Shown here piece after piece: positions 26,966 to 32,027 of a DNA stretch of 32,027 bases. The DNA is from Deltaproteobacteria bacterium TL4 (lineage in GTDB: Bacteria; SAR324; NAC60-12): the NCBI GenBank assembly GCA_051382335.1, contig JBBCAX010000396.1, forward strand, positions 1 through 32,027. Direction: 5' to 3'. The notes beneath the pieces were generated by a model. That model saw only the letters and a list, made by a program, of their open reading frames with translations. It made no database searches and was not told where the DNA came from. Position numbers and translations under genes: made by a program. Each line of letters starts with the position of its first letter. Within the stretch, counting starts at the first letter, position 1.

Positions 26966-29572
26966 ATGAATTTACAAAAGTTTACAGAAAAGTCAGTTTC
27001 GGCCATTGAAGCAGCTCACAGTAATGCGGTTCGTAGGAAAAACGCAGAAATGAGTCCGCTTCATTTGTTGCAGGCCTTGATTGCGCAAGAAGACGGTTTG
27101 ATTCCGCGTTTACTTGAAAAAATGGAATTAAGCGCAAAAGCCATGGTTCAGGAGTTGGATAAGAAGATCGGGGAAATTCCAACGCTTAGTGGCAGTTCGG
27201 TTCCGAACGTATATGCCAGTGGCGAACTGAATCAAGTTTTGGTGAAAGCGGAAGATGAAGCCGCTGGATTTCAAGATGAGTATATCAGTGTGGAGCACTT
27301 GTTTCTGGCCTTGCTGGAGTCCAGCCGAAATGGAGACTGTCCTCGGTATCTTGCTGCCAAAGGGATCACCCGCAAACAAGTATTGACGATCCTCAAGGAA
27401 ATTCGTGGCGGAAAACGTGTGACCTCTCAGGCTCCGGAAGAGACCTATGAAGCCTTGGAAAAATATGGACGGGATCTGACCCAAATGGCGTATCAGGGCA
27501 AGTTAGACCCCGTCATCGGGAGAGATGATGAAATTCGCAGAGTCATTCAAGTTCTTTCCCGTCGAACAAAAAATAATCCTGTCCTGATTGGAGAACCTGG
27601 TGTCGGAAAGACGGCAATTGTTGAAGGGTTGGCCCAAAGAATATCCAGAGGGGATGTGCCTAATAGCTTACAGGACAAGCGGATTATGGCTTTGGATATG
27701 GGGGCTTTAATCGCTGGAGCAAAATATCGGGGTGAGTTTGAAGAACGGCTGAAAGCGGTCTTACAAGAGGTATTGCATGCCGAAGGCCGGGTTGTGTTGT
27801 TTATTGACGAGTTACATACGGTTGTAGGCGCAGGAAAAACCGAAGGCTCCATGGACGCTGGAAATTTACTCAAACCGATGCTGGCGAGAGGGGAGTTGCA
27901 TTGTATTGGCGCGACCACTTTGGATGAATATCGCAAATATGTGGAAAAGGACCCTGCTCTGGAACGCCGGTTTCAGCAAGTCTATGTCGGAGAACCTGAT
28001 GTGGAAGATACCATTTCTATCTTACGCGGACTGAAGGAGCGTTATGAAATTCATCATGGAGTTCGGATCAAAGACAGTGCGTTAATTGCGGCAGCAACGC
28101 TTTCTCATCGTTATATCACAGACCGTTTCCTTCCGGATAAAGCGATTGATTTAATGGACGAAGCCGCAGCGAAAATGCGTGTGGAAATCAATTCCATGCC
28201 GCTGGAAATGGATGAAATTTCCCGCAGAGTTCTGCAACTGGAAATTGAACAGGAAGCGTTAAAAAAAGAAAAAGACCTAGGCTCACAAATACGGTTAGAG
28301 AACATTTCTAAAGAACTGGCTGAAAAAAAGCACCAGTTGGATACCCTGCGTTTGCAATGGCAGCAGGAAAAAAACGCTATTCAGAAATTAAGTGAGTTGA
28401 AAAAACAAATTGAGCAAACCCGTCTCATGATTGAGCAAGCGAAACGTGCCTATAATCTGGAAGAAGCCGCGCGTCTTGAATATGGAGCACTTCCAGCGCT
28501 CGAACAGGAATTAGGCCAACTGAAACGTTTTAATGAAGGGGGCAGCAGCATCCAGAAACGCTTATTGCGCGAAGAAGTAGAGTCGGAAGATATTGCGGAA
28601 ATTGTGGCTCACTGGACAGGAATTCCTGTGGCTAAAATGTTGGAGAGCGAAACGGAAAAGCTGTTACATTTACCGGAACATTTGCACCAACGTGTGGTGG
28701 GGCAAGATGAAGCCATCGAATTGGTTTCTGACGCGGTCATTCGCGCACGTTCTGGAATTAACGATCCTAATCGACCTTTGGGAAGTTTCATTTTCCTGGG
28801 CCCCACTGGCATTGGAAAGACGGAGTTAGCCCGGGCCTTGGCGGAATTTTTATTTGATGACGAACAGAATATGATTCGGATTGATATGTCAGAGTATATG
28901 GAAAAACACGCTGTCTCCAGATTGATTGGCGCGCCTCCCGGATATGTGGGCTATGACGAAGGCGGTCAACTCACAGAAGCCGTCCGTCGCAGGCCTTATA
29001 GTGTGATTCTTTTTGATGAGATTGAAAAAGCTCATTACGATGTATTTAATATCCTTTTACAAATTTTGGATGATGGCCAATTAACGGACTCCCATGGCAA
29101 ACGGGTGGATTTTAAAAATACCATCATCATTATGACCTCCAATGTCGGAAGTCCTCAAATCTTGGAGCAAAGTTTAAAAGACGCGGATATGGAACAAATT
29201 CGTGCTTTGGTCTTAAATGAACTGAAACGGAATTTCCGCCCGGAGTTTTTGAACCGTGTGGATGATACCGTTGTGTTTCATTCGCTCCAAAAAGAGCACA
29301 TTCGGAATATCATCAAAATACAACTTAAACGCTTACAAAAGCGGTTGGATGAACGTCGCCTGACCCTGACTTTGTCGGACAGTGCTTATGAGTTGTTGGT
29401 TGAAGCTGGTTATGATCCTGTCTATGGAGCTCGTCCACTCAAACGCGCGCTGCAAAAAGAACTGGAAACACCCCTGGGGCGCGCCTTGTTGAAAGGTGAA
29501 CTGCATGAGGGGCAACAGGTAGTTGCCGAGTCTGTCGAGGGAAAAATTGTTTTTCACCCAAAACAAAAATGA
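26966..29572 (+). CDS. clpB: ATP-dependent disaggregase ClpB
   Basis: Two AAA+ modules ([16 protein letters not shown]), [11 protein letters not shown], coiled-coil middle domain, GYVG pore loop, GARP; AGGAGG RBS. Confidence 0.97.
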   Translation: MNLQKFTEKSVSAIEAAHSNAVRRKNAEMSPLHLLQALIAQEDGLIPRLLEKMELSAKAMVQELDKKIGEIPTLSGSSVPNVYASGELNQVLVKAEDEAAGFQDEYISVEHLFLALLESSRNGDCPRYLAAKGITRKQVLTILKEIRGGKRVTSQAPEETYEALEKYGRDLTQMAYQGKLDPVIGRDDEIRRVIQVLSRRTKNNPVLIGEPGVGKTAIVEGLAQRISRGDVPNSLQDKRIMALDMGALIAGAKYRGEFEERLKAVLQEVLHAEGRVVLFIDELHTVVGAGKTEGSMDAGNLLKPMLARGELHCIGATTLDEYRKYVEKDPALERRFQQVYVGEPDVEDTISILRGLKERYEIHHGVRIKDSALIAAATLSHRYITDRFLPDKAIDLMDEAAAKMRVEINSMPLEMDEISRRVLQLEIEQEALKKEKDLGSQIRLENISKELAEKKHQLDTLRLQWQQEKNAIQKLSELKKQIEQTRLMIEQAKRAYNLEEAARLEYGALPALEQELGQLKRFNEGGSSIQKRLLREEVESEDIAEIVAHWTGIPVAKMLESETEKLLHLPEHLHQRVVGQDEAIELVSDAVIRARSGINDPNRPLGSFIFLGPTGIGKTELARALAEFLFDDEQNMIRIDMSEYMEKHAVSRLIGAPPGYVGYDEGGQLTEAVRRRPYSVILFDEIEKAHYDVFNILLQILDDGQLTDSHGKRVDFKNTIIIMTSNVGSPQILEQSLKDADMEQIRALVLNELKRNFRPEFLNRVDDTVVFHSLQKEHIRNIIKIQLKRLQKRLDERRLTLTLSDSAYELLVEAGYDPVYGARPLKRALQKELETPLGRALLKGELHEGQQVVAESVEGKIVFHPKQK

Positions 29573-29639
29573 GTTGGCTGTAATTCCAGCGAGATCTCAC
29601 GAGCATGAACGGGATCGCATTTTCAAAGAACCGTTCAGC

Positions 29640-29663
29640 CACAGAGACACAGAGGCACAGAGA
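29640..29663 (+). repeat. 8-bp tandem repeat x3
   Basis: CACAGAGA CACAGAGG CACAGAGA. Confidence 0.8.
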
Positions 29664-29730
29664 GGTTATCAATATTCTTATTTTCCTCTATATTCTCAAA
29701 ATCATGAAAGCCCCATATTTCGCTCATTTC

Positions 29731-29766
29731 TTTCGTGTCTTTCGTGTCTTTCGTGTTTTTCGTGGT
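29731..29766 (+). repeat. 9-bp tandem repeat x4
   Basis: TTTCGTGTC TTTCGTGTC TTTCGTGTT TTTCGTGGT. Confidence 0.85.
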
Positions 29767-29800
29767 TAAATTTAAACCACCTGCACAGGATTGAAAATCC

Positions 29801-31930
29801 TCACTTCACAAGATTCATCAACTGGCCATAATCACTCACCACCTCGTATTTAACGTGATCGGTGGTGAGACCGGTAAAGAACTTTCGGGCACAGTCGATC
29901 TTGCATTCTTCGATCTTCCTCAGTTCCATGGAGGACATAGAGCCTTTGGTCTCAGCGACGAAATAGATGTGTTTGACCGCCCCCTCTTTGAAGGCAATCG
30001 CCCAGTCTGGATTATAGTTCCCGACGGGAGTGGGGATGAAGAAACCTTTGGGGAGTTTGGCATAAACAACGACTTCGGTGCTCTTGTCCAGTTCGGTGAC
30101 AAAGGCCTTTTCGTTCCTGGAATCTGTAAAAACATAATCATAAACATGCCGCTCAGTCTTTACAGCCCGGCTGAAATCCTGCTGTTTATCCACGGTAAAG
30201 ATTTCGTGAAGCTCGTGTCGGTCTTCCACGGGGTTGTAGGTCAGATGTTCAACCACCATTGTTGCCTTCTGCTCGTTGATGAGCCTTGCTGACTTGAGCA
30301 TGAAGTCTTCCGGATTCTGTCGATACTGTGCGAACTTATCCGGTCTGATTTTTTTCAGAATTGCCGCTATGGTGTTGCGGGTCAACTGGGTATCTTCCGT
30401 CAGCTTGCCGATCAAATCATATTTGACCGCAGAATGAACCGAGATCGTCATATACTCGGTTGTATTCTCCGTAACGGAAAAACCTTGTCCACTTTTCAAC
30501 TCATCGTAAGAAATGGAATCGCTCTGTGTTCCACCCGTTATGGTGTATTGCAGCTTGGTTACATTCAATTCCCCATCCAGAGTAGCCACACATTTCTTGA
30601 TCAATTCAGCGGTATCAAAATGAACGGAGTAGGCCGCCTTGCGGTTGATCTTTTCCCAAAGCGCCTTAAATTCAACTTTATCAAGGTTCTTGTTCAGAAG
30701 ATTGGGCTTGGCTTTGCGGCCATCTTCAATTCCCGGTAGGGCAGCGTCACTAAATACACTCTCGATCAACTGTACAATTTGAGGGGTATATTGGGTCAGT
30801 TCCGGAGGCAAGGGAGCCAGTGTATTGTTCTTGAGTGCTTCATGGTAGGTGGCCGTAATCCCGTCGTTATCGTTAGTGTAATCATTTTTGACAAGGTAAC
30901 GGTAAATTTGTTTGGCAATCTGCGGCGTGATTTGAACTTCACCTTCAGGGGTTTTGATGACTTTGCCTGTGAAGTAGGCTTCATCCGCTTTACGGGGTCT
31001 GGCGGATAGAGATTCTGATAGCTCCTTCTGCAATCCGGCTGTAAAATCTTTATAACTTTCACTGGCAACGACCGTCAGGAGATTGATTTCGTGGATGTTG
31101 GCGCCACTGTCTATACGATCCCCTTTCTGGTTGACGCATAGCCGTAAGCCACGCCCCACTTCCTGGCGTTTACGGATACTGCTGTCGCTGTGTTTCAGCG
31201 TACAGATCACAAAGACATTCGGATTGTCCCAGCCTTCACTCAAGGCTGAATGGGAAAATATAAAACGAACATCTTTTTTACGTCGTGTTTCTTCGTTATC
31301 TTTCGCTGTCGGAAACGACAACAAAGATTCTTTATCCTTCAGGATCAGATCGTAAGCATCGACATCATCCGCTTCAGTGCTCCTGGCTCCTACAGTAGGG
31401 TCAACCAGCCGATTACTTTTCTTATCAATGGAGAAGTAGCCGTTGTGAGTTTTCTCTGCCTTGATGCCTTCAAGGTAGGTACGATACGGAATATCCAGTA
31501 ACAACGCTAATTCATTGAGAGCCGCGTTGTACTCTTCTTCAAACATCTTTGCATATTCACCAGGCTGCTCAACACCCCCATCGTAGCGGCGGTATTTGGC
31601 GACTTCATCAATAAAGAAAAGGGAAAGCACCTTGATTCCCAAGGGGAAGAGAGCTTGCTCTTTCTCAAAATGTGCCCTGATCGCTTCCCGAATCTGAATA
31701 CGGCGCAAGGTGGATTCATTGACATCACCGGTTGCTTCTCCGGCCTCCAGAATCACACCATTCGTGAACGTGACGGTATCTTTTGTCGCGTCAATATCTG
31801 CAATCACAAAGCCCTTATATTGTTCCAATCCCCCTGATAGATCGAAGAGGTTGTCATTTCTGCCGAATTTACGCACGATGCGCTTGATACCTGTTTGTTG
31901 CCTGACCTCATACTCAATACGGGCAACCGG
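29801..31930 (-). pseudogene. res: Type III restriction endonuclease Res subunit, 5'-truncated
   Basis: KVLSLFFIDEV, FIFSHSALSEGWDNPNVF, RQEVGRGLRL, YNPDWAI...ETKG nuclease; frame runs upstream of GTG 31876 as PVARIEYEVRQQTGIKRI to 31930, then meets a stop at 31937-31939; Walker A/B motifs absent. Confidence 0.88.
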
Positions 31931-31931
31931 G

Positions 31932-32027
31932 CAATGTCAGTAACTTAAGAATTTGACAATAATAACAATTAGATTCGTCATTTTTTTTCTAATGAGGTAT
32001 GTTGGCATTTTAATTTTAATGAGAGAG
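31932..32027. mobile_element. Probable terminus of an IS4-family element interrupting res
   Basis: CAATGTCAGTAACTTAAG begins where the Res-like sequence stops and the DNA turns AT-rich; it resembles CAAT...CTTAAG IS4-type ends as I recall them. Partner end not in window. Confidence 0.55.

Noticed and set aside
27128..28812. Antisense and alternative-frame ORFs within clpB and other long genes
   Set aside because: Shadow ORFs of well-supported genes with no independent evidence.
29801..31876. Intact 691-aa stand-alone nuclease gene
   Set aside because: Res-like coding continues upstream of the GTG and the N-terminal helicase motifs are missing, so it is a truncation product.

Overview
Bacterial genomic window, probably from a flagellated deltaproteobacterium-like organism (SAR324-like is my inference, not verified). 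1-1814 is a nest of mobile DNA: a transposase 3' end, a REP, a 180-bp MITE with a perfect 10-bp target duplication, and an internally deleted group II intron inserted into one arm of a perfect 36-bp REP-type inverted repeat. The core holds a 909-aa unknown protein with an internal duplication, folP, a flagellin behind two sigma28 promoters, a Nudix hydrolase, an Smr protein, holB, recD2, dut and a CIRCE-preceded clpB. It also holds a dispersed signalling set: cheW-cheW-cheD-(PAS-fused CheA), a two-Hpt CheA followed by a STAS protein, a REC-kinase-REC-PP2C protein and a REC-PP2C protein, with no chemoreceptor, CheY, CheR or CheB gene in the window. REP/REPIN elements, several wrapped in IS-like ends, sit in intergenic gaps. 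The right end is a type III restriction (Res) gene cut off at its 5' end by a probable IS4-family terminus. Best candidates for something new: (i) a chemosensory circuit with a PAS-bearing CheA that may output to partner-switching modules; (ii) a group II intron whose predicted EBS1 matches a REP foot.
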